DNA from: Chloroflexota bacterium
Lineage (GTDB): Bacteria > Chloroflexota > Anaerolineae > Anaerolineales > VGOW01
Assembly: GCA_016213135.1 (NCBI GenBank)
Contig: JACRBQ010000028.1
Location: 7,284 to 71,283 of the forward strand
Length of the DNA: 64,000 bases
Direction: 5' to 3'
Positions 1 through 9,537 of the stretch are shown piece by piece (the stretch's first letter is position 1; every line of letters begins with the position of its first letter). Below the pieces are notes generated by a model, which searched no databases, had not been told where the DNA came from, and saw nothing but the letters and a program-made list of their open reading frames with translations. The translations under genes and the position numbers were made by a program.

Positions 1-259
1 CGAAATCGACTGCCCCTTCGGGCAAGGCCATGCCGATGTTGGAAATGACTCCGGCGTGGCAATCGGGCGAGGCCAACGACTCGATGCGGATAGGCTCGCC
101 GACTTGCCGGGCCAGGTATTGGAGCAATTTGGCCACGCTTTTGAAGTCGACGAGTTCGCCGGTAGCGACGTTCTGCAAACTCACTCGAACCGCAGTGCTC
201 GGCCCGTCACGCCACAATCTAACTAGATAGGATTGGTAAGCTTTTGACCGCGTGGTCAT
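1..259 (-). CDS. hypothetical protein, N-terminal part only (runs off window start)
   Basis: My own translation from the ATG at 259-257 stays open to position 1: MTTRSKAYQSYLVRLWRDGPSTAVRVSLQNVATGELVDFKSVAKLLQYLARQVGEP... It is absent from the ORF track because no stop lies in the window. Composition is balanced. No family recognised. Confidence 0.35.
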   Translation of the reverse strand, partial: MTTRSKAYQSYLVRLWRDGPSTAVRVSLQNVATGELVDFKSVAKLLQYLARQVGEPIRIESLASPDCHAGVISNIGMALPEGAVDF

Positions 260-450
260 AACTGCCCCCTTGCAGTGAGAAAACGAAAGCCGGTGTGCAT
301 TTGTTGAGGGTAGTATGGCGCGGCCCCGTTTACAAGCCGTTATACGCAGGTGACTGTCACCTTAATTTTCGATTCCATGTTAGTCGGCTTTCGCGCGGTG
401 TAAATTAGACAATTGTCGTAACTGACTGCTCAAGGCAACCGATAAGGGCT

Positions 451-456
451 TATAAT
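451..456 (+). promoter_or_regulatory. possible -10 box (TATAAT), implying a leaderless or near-leaderless mRNA for the STAND regulator
   Basis: A perfect TATAAT ends 8 nt before the ATG at 465. There is no SD in between and no good -35 box. Confidence 0.3.
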
Positions 457-464
457 CTTCCACT

Positions 465-3400
465 ATGGGTGTTGCGTTAGCATTGTTCGGGCCGGCCAGT
501 GTGATCATTGGCGCGGGCCGACCGGCAGTTTTTAGAACTGCGAAGGATCAAGCGCTTCTGACTTATCTGGTCATGGAGGCCGAGCGCGCGCATCCTCGGG
601 TCATGCTGGCCGCCATGCTGTGGCCCGAGTCTCCCGAATCAACGGCACGCGGCAATCTCCGGCAATCCCTCAGCCGGCTGCGCGATCTGCTCGGAAGTGA
701 GCACTCCCGGCAGGACTACCTCATTGGCTCCCCGGAAACAATCCAGTTCAATCGCCATTCAACGCACTGGCTTGATGTGGCCTGCTTCCAGTCGTTGCGC
801 AAGGCGGTCCTGGAGCACGTCCACCGCAGCGTGACGACTTGCGACTCGTGCGGCCTGTTGCTGGCTCAAGCTCTCGAGCTATACCGGGGCGACTTTCTGG
901 GGGAGTTTTCCCTGCGCGACAGCACGCCCTTTGAAGAGTGGGTCATCACCCGGCGCGAGCAGCTCAAAATTCAAGCCATGTGGGCGGTGTCGGAGTTGAC
1001 GGCGTACTTCGAGGCGCACGGGGACTACGAGCGCATGGCCCGTTACGCGCGCCGCGCCCTGGACATGGAAAGCATGTCGGACGGGGCGCACTTCAACCTG
1101 GTGCGGGCGCTGGCTTTTGGCGGCCAGCGCGATGCAGCCCTGAGCCACTATCAGGCCTACTGCGAGCTGAACGAGCGTGAAGGTTTGCCTCCGCCGTCCG
1201 GCGCGTTTGCTGAATTCCATGGCCGGTTGCGCTCCGGGGCCGCCCTGCGCCCTCTCGATGGCGAGTCGGTTGCGGAGCCGGGCGAAGCCCCCTTTAAGGG
1301 GCTGCACTACTTTGACGAGCAGGACGCCGACCTGTTCTTTGGGCGCGAGCGGCTGGTCAACAAACTGGTGTCGCAGTTGCGAAAGGCGGCTTTGGACGCG
1401 GAGTCTGAGGCCCCACGCTTTTATGCCATTGTGGGAGCCTCGGGCAGCGGCAAAACGTCGCTCGTCCGCGCCGGACTTATTCCGGCGATCAAGAAGGCGC
1501 AGCCGGTCTCCGGAGTCGACGCGGCGCAGTACGACACCGAATGGATTGTGCGCGCCATGACGCCTACGGCCAAGCCGCTGGGGCAATTGGCTTTAGCCAT
1601 GGGCGCGTCGGCGAACACGGCGGGCGCCTGGCAACTGGCCCGCGACTTTGCGGCCGATCCACGCGCCCTCACCGATGCGGCTGCCCGGCTGGGCGTCGAT
1701 GGCGAATTGGGCCGGCGTCGTGTGTTGCTGGTCATCGATCAATTCGAAGAATTGTTTACCCTGTGCCCGGACGAAGACGAGCGGCAGGCGTTTGTGGACA
1801 ACCTGGTCACGGCGGCGGCCGAACCGGACGGGGCCTTCGTGCTCTTCATGGCTTTGCGCGGCGACTATTACGCCCATTGCGCCCGCTATCCCTCGCTGCG
1901 CGATCTGCTTCCCGGCAGGCACGAAATGCTGGGGCCGATGTCCAGCGACGACCTGCGCCGGGCCATTGAGGAGCCGGCCCAGCAAGGCAACTGGGCTTTG
2001 GAGGACGGGCTAGTGGAATTGTTGTTGCGCGACGTGGGCCGCGAACCGGGGAGCTTGCCTCTTCTTTCTCACGCCCTGCTTGGCACGTGGCAACAGCGTG
2101 AAGGGCGCAGGCTCACCCTCCGGGGCTACGTAGCCACGGGGGGCGTTCGCCAGGCGCTGACACACACCGCTGAGAAAACCTACGCCTCGCTCAATCCAGC
2201 CCAGCAGGCAGTAGCGCGCGCGGTCTTTGTCGGCCTGACGCAGGTTGGCGACAACGGGCGCTATACCCGCCGCCGCGCAACCCGAGCCGAACTGCTGGAA
2301 GGGGTCGAACAGGCCGAATGGCTCGATCAGGTGCTAACGGTGCTGGCCGATGCCCGGTTGATCACCATTGCCGAGTATTCAGTGGAGGTGGCCCACGAGG
2401 CCCTCATCACCGAATGGGACCGCTGGTCTCAGTGGCTGGAAGAAGATCGCGAAGACTTGCAGACGCGGCGATCGCTGGGCGAGTCGGCCGCCTCGTGGGT
2501 GAAGTCGAACCGCGAGCCGGAAGCGCTGTTGCGGGGCCGGCGACTGGCGAAGCTGCGCGAGTGGGCCGACGCTCACCCCGATAAACTCAATGCGCTGGAT
2601 CGGGAATTTCTGGACGTGTCGGTGGCGGCAGCGCAGCGCGAGAGCGAAGAACGCGAAGCCCGGCGCCGGCGCGAGTTGCTGGCCGCCCAACAACTGGCCG
2701 AGACGGAACGGCAACGGGCCGAGGAGCAGACGCAGGCTGCAAAAAAACTGAACGAGCGCAACGTTGCACTGAGTGCCGCATCTGTTTTGGCTGTCATATT
2801 GATGTTAGTGGCGGTAATCGTAGCGGGTCAGGCTAGGCAAATCGGTGACCGAAATAAGGTGTTGGCCGACGAGAACATAAACGTTGCCGCCACCGCCGGC
2901 GCGGGCCGCGCCACCGCGCAGGCGGCCAGCACTTTGGCCGTAGCCGAGTCGCACCTGAGCGCCACCCATGAAGCCGATGCCAATGCTGCCAGGGCGACCG
3001 CGGTAGCCATTGCCAACCAGCTGGAGGCCGAGCGGCTGGCCGTCGAGTCCAACAATCTCTTTCTCACCGGCGGGCGGGCTAATCTGATAGCGTTGTTGAG
3101 CTTGCGCTCGGTGAAAACTCGGCACACTTCACAGGGCGACAGCGCGCTGGTCGTGGCGCAATCGCTCGATTACCCGTACCGTGTTTTCAACAGCGCGTCC
3201 AACGTGCTGGCGGCGGCATTTTCGCCGGACGGGCGCGCGGTGGTGCTTGGCGGCGTCGGTGGAACTATAGAGGTATGGGATGCTCAACAGGGCACACTGG
3301 CGCGCTCGCCGGCGGGGCACTCGAAGGATGTGCAGTCAGTGGCAGTATCGCCGGATGGCCGCTGGATTCTGAGTGGCAGCGCCGATGGCACGGCTATTCT

Positions 3401-5027
3401 CTGGGAACTGGCCACCGGACAACAGGTGCGGACGTTCAAAGGGCACGCCGAGTCGGTGAACGGCGTGGCGTTCTCGCCCGACGGCGCGCACATTGCCACG
3501 GCCAGCGTGGACAAAACGGTCATCATTTGGAATACGCAGACGGGCGAGCCGGAGCGCACCATCAGCGGGCACACTGATTTATTGCTCAGCGTAGCCTATT
3601 CGCCGGACGGCCTCTCTATTCTGACCGCCGGCGCCGATGGCACTGCCCGGCTGTGGGATGCGTTGACCGGGCGGGAGTTGGTGATATTCAAAGGCCACGC
3701 CGACCGGGTGCTCAAAGCGGCATTCTCGGCGGATGGCAACACCGTGATCACGAGCAGTGTGGACGGCGCCGCTATTCTGTGGGATGCGCACTCCGGCGCC
3801 TTGTTGCGGAAGTTCACGGGGCACGGCGGCCCGGTCACCGGGGCGGCCATCTCCCCGGATGGACGCTACGTGCTGACCGCCGGCTACGACAACACGGCCC
3901 GGCTTTGGGATGCGGCCACTGGCGGCGAACTGCGCCGGTATGTGGGTCATACGAGGGGCATCAATGCAGTTGTATTTTCGCCGGATGGACGTTCTTTCGT
4001 TACCGTCGCTTCTGACAACACGGCCAGGCTGTGGCTGACGTTGGGCGCGCCACCGCTGCCGGCTTTGAACGGGCATGCCGCCTCGGTGAATGTGGCAGTG
4101 TTATCGTCCGATGGCCGCTATGCCTTCACCGGCAGCTCCGACCACACGGCCCGGCTGTGGGATGCCGCAACGGGCGCGACCCTCAGTGTATTCACTGAAC
4201 ACACCGACGTGGTGAACGGTGTGGGTATCTCGCCGGATGGCCGCTGGTTGGCCACGTCAGGTTGGAGCGGCCACATCAGAGTATGGGATGCTGCGACGTG
4301 GGCTGAACTGCGGAGCTTTGACCACCCCGGCGGCGTGCTGGCGTTGGCAATTTCGCACGATGGCACACAAATACTGACTGGCGGCTGGAACGGCAATGCC
4401 ATGCTGTGGGATGCCGCCACCGGCCGGCAATTGGCCCTGCTCACGGGGCACACCGATCTGGTTTTTAGTGTGGCGTTTTCGCCCGACGGCAAATTTGCGC
4501 TCACCGGCAGTTTCGACAAGACCGCCCGGCTGTGGGACTTGGCCACTCAGTCCGTCGCCGCCACCTTTAGCGGCCACGACGAGGGCGTGACGGGTGTCGC
4601 CTTTTCGCCGGACGGCCAATTCGTGTTTGCCGCCGGCACCGATGAAACAATACTCCAATGGCAAACTGCCACCGGCACGCTGGTGCGCAAGGTTGGGGAT
4701 TCCACAGATGTGGTGTGGGCCGTGGCCGCGTCGCGCGACGGCAAGTATCTTGCCAGCGGCGGCGGCGACAAGCTGGTGCGCATTTATGACCTTGCCACCG
4801 GCCGGTTGCTGCGGGTGCTGTCGGGCCACACCGCCGCCATCGAATCGGTCGCGTTTTCCGCCGATGGCAGGGCGCTCATCACTGGCAGCGACGACGGCAC
4901 GGCCCGGCAGTGGTACACCGACTACCACGATATCGTGCGCTACCTGTGCTCGCTGCCCTTGGGCGATCTGACGGCGGACGAACGGGCGTATTATGGCGTG
5001 CGCGACACCGGGCCGACGTGTCCTTGA
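465..5027 (+). CDS. SARP-family (wHTH + BTAD) regulator fused to a STAND P-loop NTPase, a hydrophobic helix and 14 WD40 repeats
   Basis: ORF of 1520 aa. N-terminus resembles SARP regulators (LLTYLVMEAERAHPRVMLAAMLWPE, ALELYRGDFLGEF...EEWV). It is followed by PFKGLHYFDEQDADLFFGRE and the Walker A motif GASGSGKTS. Next come an Arg/Glu coiled coil and a hydrophobic helix ALSAASVLAVILMLVAVIVAG. The C-terminus has 14 units of the GHxxxVxxVAFSPDGxxxxTxSxDxTARLWD type. Confidence 0.9.
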   Translation: MGVALALFGPASVIIGAGRPAVFRTAKDQALLTYLVMEAERAHPRVMLAAMLWPESPESTARGNLRQSLSRLRDLLGSEHSRQDYLIGSPETIQFNRHSTHWLDVACFQSLRKAVLEHVHRSVTTCDSCGLLLAQALELYRGDFLGEFSLRDSTPFEEWVITRREQLKIQAMWAVSELTAYFEAHGDYERMARYARRALDMESMSDGAHFNLVRALAFGGQRDAALSHYQAYCELNEREGLPPPSGAFAEFHGRLRSGAALRPLDGESVAEPGEAPFKGLHYFDEQDADLFFGRERLVNKLVSQLRKAALDAESEAPRFYAIVGASGSGKTSLVRAGLIPAIKKAQPVSGVDAAQYDTEWIVRAMTPTAKPLGQLALAMGASANTAGAWQLARDFAADPRALTDAAARLGVDGELGRRRVLLVIDQFEELFTLCPDEDERQAFVDNLVTAAAEPDGAFVLFMALRGDYYAHCARYPSLRDLLPGRHEMLGPMSSDDLRRAIEEPAQQGNWALEDGLVELLLRDVGREPGSLPLLSHALLGTWQQREGRRLTLRGYVATGGVRQALTHTAEKTYASLNPAQQAVARAVFVGLTQVGDNGRYTRRRATRAELLEGVEQAEWLDQVLTVLADARLITIAEYSVEVAHEALITEWDRWSQWLEEDREDLQTRRSLGESAASWVKSNREPEALLRGRRLAKLREWADAHPDKLNALDREFLDVSVAAAQRESEEREARRRRELLAAQQLAETERQRAEEQTQAAKKLNERNVALSAASVLAVILMLVAVIVAGQARQIGDRNKVLADENINVAATAGAGRATAQAASTLAVAESHLSATHEADANAARATAVAIANQLEAERLAVESNNLFLTGGRANLIALLSLRSVKTRHTSQGDSALVVAQSLDYPYRVFNSASNVLAAAFSPDGRAVVLGGVGGTIEVWDAQQGTLARSPAGHSKDVQSVAVSPDGRWILSGSADGTAILWELATGQQVRTFKGHAESVNGVAFSPDGAHIATASVDKTVIIWNTQTGEPERTISGHTDLLLSVAYSPDGLSILTAGADGTARLWDALTGRELVIFKGHADRVLKAAFSADGNTVITSSVDGAAILWDAHSGALLRKFTGHGGPVTGAAISPDGRYVLTAGYDNTARLWDAATGGELRRYVGHTRGINAVVFSPDGRSFVTVASDNTARLWLTLGAPPLPALNGHAASVNVAVLSSDGRYAFTGSSDHTARLWDAATGATLSVFTEHTDVVNGVGISPDGRWLATSGWSGHIRVWDAATWAELRSFDHPGGVLALAISHDGTQILTGGWNGNAMLWDAATGRQLALLTGHTDLVFSVAFSPDGKFALTGSFDKTARLWDLATQSVAATFSGHDEGVTGVAFSPDGQFVFAAGTDETILQWQTATGTLVRKVGDSTDVVWAVAASRDGKYLASGGGDKLVRIYDLATGRLLRVLSGHTAAIESVAFSADGRALITGSDDGTARQWYTDYHDIVRYLCSLPLGDLTADERAYYGVRDTGPTCP

Positions 5028-5042
5028 GAGTCGGTTCGGTAA

Positions 5043-5071
5043 TTGACAACCCCGCGCCACCCCGCTATAAT
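5043..5071 (+). promoter_or_regulatory. consensus sigma70-type promoter of the rplU-rpmA operon
   Basis: TTGACA (5043-5048), a 17-nt spacer, then TATAAT (5066-5071). It lies about 160 nt upstream of rplU. Confidence 0.7.
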
Positions 5072-5078
5072 TCCCAGC

Positions 5079-5109
5079 GTTGCCCCGGGCGTACGCTAGC
5101 CGGGGCAAC
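5079..5109 (+). promoter_or_regulatory. 5' leader hairpin of the rplU transcript
   Basis: Perfect 10-bp stem GTTGCCCCGG / CCGGGGCAAC with an 11-nt loop, starting about 7-8 nt after the -10 box. Confidence 0.5.
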
Positions 5110-5233
5110 ATCGTGCATCTATCCTTCCCCGTTTTGAGGCCGGTGCCAGTCATCGCGCAGGACGTAAGTCCGTTGACTGGAGCAGTCGGGCGTGGCCGCC
5201 GACACGGTGAAGCCGAAGGGAGAAGAAAGTCAA

Positions 5234-5548
5234 ATGAAATACGCAATAGTCCAAAGCGGCTCGCGTCAGTTGCGGGCCGAAGAGGGCGGCACGCTGGAAG
5301 TTGATCTGCTGCCCAACGCCGCCGGCGACACGATTGAGTTGGAGGTGTTGATGGTGACCGATGGTGAGGCCGTGACCGTCGGCGCACCGCTGGTGGCCGG
5401 GTCCAAAGTGCAGGCCACCGTGGTCGAGCACTTCCGCGGCGAAAAAATTCGCATCTTTAAATACAAAGCCAAAGAGCGGCAGCGCAAGCGCGGCGGCCAT
5501 CGCCAGTCTTACACGCGGCTCAAAGTGGATAAAATTGTAGCTGGCTAA
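5234..5548 (+). CDS. rplU: 50S ribosomal protein L21
   Basis: [26 protein letters not shown]...[24 protein letters not shown]. The internal ATG at 5234 follows a GGGAGAAG RBS. Confidence 0.95.
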   Translation: MKYAIVQSGSRQLRAEEGGTLEVDLLPNAAGDTIELEVLMVTDGEAVTVGAPLVAGSKVQATVVEHFRGEKIRIFKYKAKERQRKRGGHRQSYTRLKVDKIVAG

Positions 5549-5628
5549 GGAAGGAGCAGGCAGCCGACGGTTGGCAAGCGCTGATGGACTGGCGAGTTGC
5601 TTCCGGCAATCTGCCTATCACTAACAAC

Positions 5629-5916
5629 ATGGCACATAAAAAAGGCGCAGGCTCAAGCAAGAACGGTCGCGATTCCAATGCCCAACGGCTGGGCGTCAAA
5701 CGCTTTGGCGGCGAGTATGTCCGCTCCGGCAACATCATCGTCCGCCAGCACGGCACCCGCATCCGGCCCGGCGACGGGGTAATGCTCGGCAGCGACTACA
5801 CCATTTTCGCCGTGATTGAGGGCCGGGTGAAATACGAGACGTTGCCCACCGGCCAAAAGCGGGTCAACGTCGAACCGGTCGCCGAAGGCCGGCTGGCCCA
5901 GGCCTCCCACGTTTGA
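5629..5916 (+). CDS. rpmA: 50S ribosomal protein L27
   Basis: [48 protein letters not shown] is canonical L27. The start is placed at the internal ATG. Confidence 0.95.
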   Translation: MAHKKGAGSSKNGRDSNAQRLGVKRFGGEYVRSGNIIVRQHGTRIRPGDGVMLGSDYTIFAVIEGRVKYETLPTGQKRVNVEPVAEGRLAQASHV

Positions 5917-5932
5917 CTCTGAAAGGTCGATC

Positions 5933-6448
5933 ATGAAACAGGGTATTCATCCCAAGTACTTTCCCAACGCCGTCGTCATGTGCGCTACCTGCGGCACGAC
6001 GTGGACCGTTGGTTCAACGCGCGAATCAATCCACACCGACCTGTGTTTCAACTGCCACCCCTTTTACACGGGCGAACAGCGCATCGTGGACACGGAGGGG
6101 CAGGTGGATCGCTTCATCAAGAAACTGGATGCTCGCGCCACGCACAAGCAGCAGGAAGAAAGCCGCAAGGCCTCGCGCACCTCGCCCGAACTGACGGTGA
6201 CGGCGCTCAACCTCGGCGTCCGCGCCGAAGCGGCGCTGGCGAAGGCCGGCGTCACCACCGCCGGCCAAATCATGGAGCGCCTGGGGCAGGGCGACGACGG
6301 CTTGCTTTCCATTGAAGGCTTTGGCCGCAAGAGCCTGGCCGACACCAAAAAGCGGCTGCGCTCGCGCGGCTTTGAACTGCCTTCCGAAGCCGCCAACGAA
6401 CCCGCTCTGGAAGCCCCGGCCTCGGAAGCCGAGTCCACGGAAGCCTGA
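5933..6448 (+). CDS. rpmE: 50S ribosomal protein L31 (Zn-ribbon type) with a C-terminal extension of about 100 aa resembling the RpoA alpha-CTD helix-hairpin-helix
   Basis: N-terminus is [11 protein letters not shown]...CATCGTTW...[24 protein letters not shown]. The C-terminus [26 protein letters not shown]...[26 protein letters not shown] follows the alpha-CTD pattern L.LsvR..n.L...gi.t...L......L..i.nfG.KSl.Eik..L...G. Confidence 0.88.
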   Translation: MKQGIHPKYFPNAVVMCATCGTTWTVGSTRESIHTDLCFNCHPFYTGEQRIVDTEGQVDRFIKKLDARATHKQQEESRKASRTSPELTVTALNLGVRAEAALAKAGVTTAGQIMERLGQGDDGLLSIEGFGRKSLADTKKRLRSRGFELPSEAANEPALEAPASEAESTEA

Positions 6449-6471
6449 GGCAGAATCGAATAGGTCCCACA

Positions 6472-6509
6472 GGGCAGATGCTGATCGCAGGCATCTGCCC
6501 TTTCTGTTT
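6472..6509 (+). terminator. intrinsic terminator after rpmE
   Basis: Stem GGGCAGATGC (6472-6481) / GCATCTGCCC (6491-6500), followed by TTTCTGTTT. Confidence 0.7.
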
Positions 6510-6574
6510 ATAATACGGGTTATACCGCGCGCGGCCACGGATTGCGTTTTTTTGACCCTATCGTCTTGCCGTTG

Positions 6575-6638
6575 GGGCGAAGCATTCGCGTTGCGGCCAA
6601 CCGCAAAAATAAGCTGGTTGTGCGCGAATGCTTCGCCC
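6575..6638. repeat. 64-bp nested hairpin element (REP/MITE-like, family C)
   Basis: The 16-bp arms GGGCGAAGCATTCGCG / CGCGAATGCTTCGCCC enclose an inner hairpin TTGCGG-CCAA-CCGCAA. The element ends 21 nt before the tdk start. Confidence 0.75.
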
Positions 6639-6659
6639 TTACAAAGCCCCGGAGAGTTT

Positions 6660-7229
6660 ATGCGCCATCTCACTGGCTCGATTGAGGTGATTACCGGCTC
6701 GATGTTTAGCGGCAAAACCGACGAGCTGATTCGCCGGTTGCGCCGCGCGGACATTGCCAAGCAAAGTATACAAGTGTTCAAGCCCATCATAGACAACCGC
6801 TACGCCGTGGAAAAAGTGACCTCGCACGCGGGCAGCGAATTCGATGCCACCCCGGTGGAGAGCGCGAAATACATCATCGCGCTGGTGCAGCCCGATACCA
6901 CGGTCGTGGCCATCGACGAGGCCCAGTTCTTCGACTGGCACATTGCCGAAGTGACGCAACAATTGGCCGACCGGGGCGTGCGGGTGATTGTGGCCGGGCT
7001 GGACATGGATTTCCGGGCCGAACCGTTTGGCCCCATGCCGCTGCTGCTGGCCGAGGCCGAAAAGGTCGACAAGTTGCAGGCCATTTGTGTGGTCTGCGGT
7101 CTTCCGGCCTCCCGCACCCAGCGCCTCATTGACGGCCGACCGGCCAACTATCACGACCCGGTGGTGCAGGTGGGCGGCAGCGAGGCCTACGAAGCCCGTT
7201 GCCGCGAGCACCACGAAGTGCCGCGATAA
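6660..7229 (+). CDS. tdk: thymidine kinase
   Basis: [20 protein letters not shown]-loop and a C-terminal Zn motif CVVCG...CREHH. The start is the internal ATG at 6660 after a GGAGAG RBS. Confidence 0.93.
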   Translation: MRHLTGSIEVITGSMFSGKTDELIRRLRRADIAKQSIQVFKPIIDNRYAVEKVTSHAGSEFDATPVESAKYIIALVQPDTTVVAIDEAQFFDWHIAEVTQQLADRGVRVIVAGLDMDFRAEPFGPMPLLLAEAEKVDKLQAICVVCGLPASRTQRLIDGRPANYHDPVVQVGGSEAYEARCREHHEVPR

Positions 7230-7248
7230 ACAAAAGGCAGAGACTCCC

Positions 7249-7779
7249 ATGTATCACCATGTGCTTCAGGAAGTGCTCATCCCCGCCGACGTGTTGCAGC
7301 AGCGCATCGCCGAACTGGGCGCCGAGATCAGCCGCGACTATGAAGGCGAAGAGATTTTGATGATCTGCATTTTGCGCGGCGGGGTGATGTTCCTCACCGA
7401 CCTCATCCGGCACATCACTATCCCGGTCGCCATCGACTTCATGGCCGTGTCGTCGTACGGCGTGGGCGCGCGCCAATCGCAGGGCGAAGTGCGCATCGCC
7501 ATGGACTTGAACACCCCGCTGGCCGACCGGCACGTGATTCTGGTCGAGGACATTGTGGACACCGGCCACACTATTGCCGCCGTGCTGGAAATGCTGGAAA
7601 CGCGCCACCCCAAAAGCCTGCGCGTGTGCTCGTTGCTCGACAAGAGCGTGCGCCGCGAAATCGTTGTGCCGATTCACTATCGCGGCTTCGAAATTCCAAA
7701 CAAATTTGTCTTTGGCTACGGGCTTGATCTCGATGAACACTGGCGCAACCTGCCGTTCATCGGCGTAGCCAAAACCTGA
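7249..7779 (+). CDS. hpt: hypoxanthine phosphoribosyltransferase
   Basis: ILRGGVMFLTDL, PRPP motif HVILVEDIVDTGHT, and FVFGYGLDLDEHWRNLPFIG. Confidence 0.93.
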   Translation: MYHHVLQEVLIPADVLQQRIAELGAEISRDYEGEEILMICILRGGVMFLTDLIRHITIPVAIDFMAVSSYGVGARQSQGEVRIAMDLNTPLADRHVILVEDIVDTGHTIAAVLEMLETRHPKSLRVCSLLDKSVRREIVVPIHYRGFEIPNKFVFGYGLDLDEHWRNLPFIGVAKT

Positions 7780-7863
7780 TTGTCGCCCGTGCGCCCGTAA
7801 CCCGCTTCGCACTTCCGGTCCGCGCCCCACTGAGGCAACTGCTATCACGGAAACTGCCCGCCA

Positions 7864-9537
7864 ATGCCCCGTCCCTCCCGGCTCCCCCGCACCGGCCCGC
7901 TCGCGTTCCGGTATCGTGGTTGGGTTGCGCTGGCCGGGTCCAAAGTCGTGGGCACCGGGCGCACCGCCGACGAGGCCCTCGCCGCCGCTCAATTGTCGCA
8001 AATCAAGGAATCTTTTGTCGTGGTGTACCTCCCTCCGGACGACTCGCCGTCGCTTGAACTGCCGCCGTTGGTGGAGCGTGTGAGCCGGGCGCTGCCCGAC
8101 CCGGCCCAGGTGTGGCTGGTGGGCGGCTCGGTGCGCGACATTCTCATGGATCGCCCGGCGCACGATCTGGATTTTGCGGTGGCCGGCGACGGGCTGGCCG
8201 TGGCCCGGCGTGTGGCCGACCGGCTGGGGGGCGCATACTTTGCGCTGGATGAGAGTCGCGGCACCGGGCGGGTGGTCTTGCGTGTAGAGGGCGGCCAATT
8301 CACTTTGGATTTTGCCCGGTTGCGCGGGCAAGACCTGACCGACGATCTATCGGGCCGCGATTTTTCAGTCAACGCCATTGCGGTCAGCCTCGAGCCGATG
8401 GGGCGCGTGTTCGACCCCATGGGCGGCCAGGCCGACATCAAAGACAAAATCCTTCGCATGTGTCACCCGGACGCATTCGTCAACGATCCCGTCCGTACTC
8501 TGCGCGCCGTCCGGCTCGCCGCGCAGCTCAACTTCCGAATTGAGCGCGCCACCCGTGAGGGCGCGCGCGAAGCCGCCCCGTTGATTGCCAATGTATCTGC
8601 GGAACGTATCCGGGATGAGTTCATGCGCGCGCTCGGCGGACGCAAACCCGCCGCCTGCCTGCGAGCCATGGATAGCCTCGGCCTGCTGGGGCACATCGTC
8701 CCCGAAGTCGGCGCTCTCAAAGGGGTCACCCAGTCGCCGCCGCACGTGCACGACGTGTGGGAGCACACACTGGCTACGGTGGATCGCCTTGAGGCGTTGC
8801 TGTCGGTGTTGGGCCGCGCTCACGATCTGGACGCCGCTTCGGAATTTGCCCTGGGCTACGCGTCGGCCCGCGTTGGCCGCTTTCGCAATCAACTGTCCGA
8901 TCACCTCGACCGGCAATTGAGCGTGAGCCGCCCGGCGCGTAGCCTGCTGTTTTTTGCGGCGCTGCTGCACGACGTGTCCAAACCCGAAACGCGGACTGTG
9001 GACGCGGCCACCGGGCGGATCCGATTTTTGGAACACGAGGGGCGGGGGGCGCAGGTGGCACAAGCGCGGGCCGCGCAGTTGCGCCTGAGCCACGACGAGG
9101 TTGAACGGGTGGGCGCGGTGGTGGCCCACCACATGCGGCCTTCGTTGTTGACCCAACCGGGGGAAGGGCGCGTCACCGCCCGCGCCGCATATCGCTTTTA
9201 CAAAGCCGCGGGCGCGGTGGGTGTGGACGTGTGCCTGCTCAGCCTGGCCGATTTATGGGGCGCGCGCGGTTCCGACCTGGGCCAGGACGAATGGAGCGAG
9301 CGGGTGAACACCGTGGTAACTTTGCTCGACGCGTACTTCACTCATCGCGAAGAGATCGTTGCCCCGCCGGCCCTGCTCACCGGGGATGATGTGATGACAT
9401 TGCTCGGCGTTCCGCAGGGGCCGCAGGTGGGCGCCGTGCTGGAGGCGCTGCGCGAAGCGCAAGTCGCCGGCGAGGTGGCTACGCGCGAGCAGGCGTTGGA
9501 ATGGGCGCGGCTGTTTGTGACGGGCGGTCAGGGATAA
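7864..9537 (+). CDS. cca: CCA-adding enzyme / poly(A) polymerase family nucleotidyltransferase with an HD domain and an N-terminal extension of about 70 aa
   Basis: GGSVRDILMDRPAHDLDFAV nucleotidyltransferase motif. HD region AALLHDVSKPE. The start codon is uncertain. Confidence 0.82.
   Translation: MPRPSRLPRTGPLAFRYRGWVALAGSKVVGTGRTADEALAAAQLSQIKESFVVVYLPPDDSPSLELPPLVERVSRALPDPAQVWLVGGSVRDILMDRPAHDLDFAVAGDGLAVARRVADRLGGAYFALDESRGTGRVVLRVEGGQFTLDFARLRGQDLTDDLSGRDFSVNAIAVSLEPMGRVFDPMGGQADIKDKILRMCHPDAFVNDPVRTLRAVRLAAQLNFRIERATREGAREAAPLIANVSAERIRDEFMRALGGRKPAACLRAMDSLGLLGHIVPEVGALKGVTQSPPHVHDVWEHTLATVDRLEALLSVLGRAHDLDAASEFALGYASARVGRFRNQLSDHLDRQLSVSRPARSLLFFAALLHDVSKPETRTVDAATGRIRFLEHEGRGAQVAQARAAQLRLSHDEVERVGAVVAHHMRPSLLTQPGEGRVTARAAYRFYKAAGAVGVDVCLLSLADLWGARGSDLGQDEWSERVNTVVTLLDAYFTHREEIVAPPALLTGDDVMTLLGVPQGPQVGAVLEALREAQVAGEVATREQALEWARLFVTGGQG

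Noticed and set aside
30-230. 66-aa plus-strand ORF at the window start
   Set aside because: It overlaps the more protein-like minus-strand reading frame (1..259), and it has no RBS or motif.
7126-8331. 401-aa minus-strand ORF
   Set aside because: It is antisense to hpt and cca and carries no motifs.
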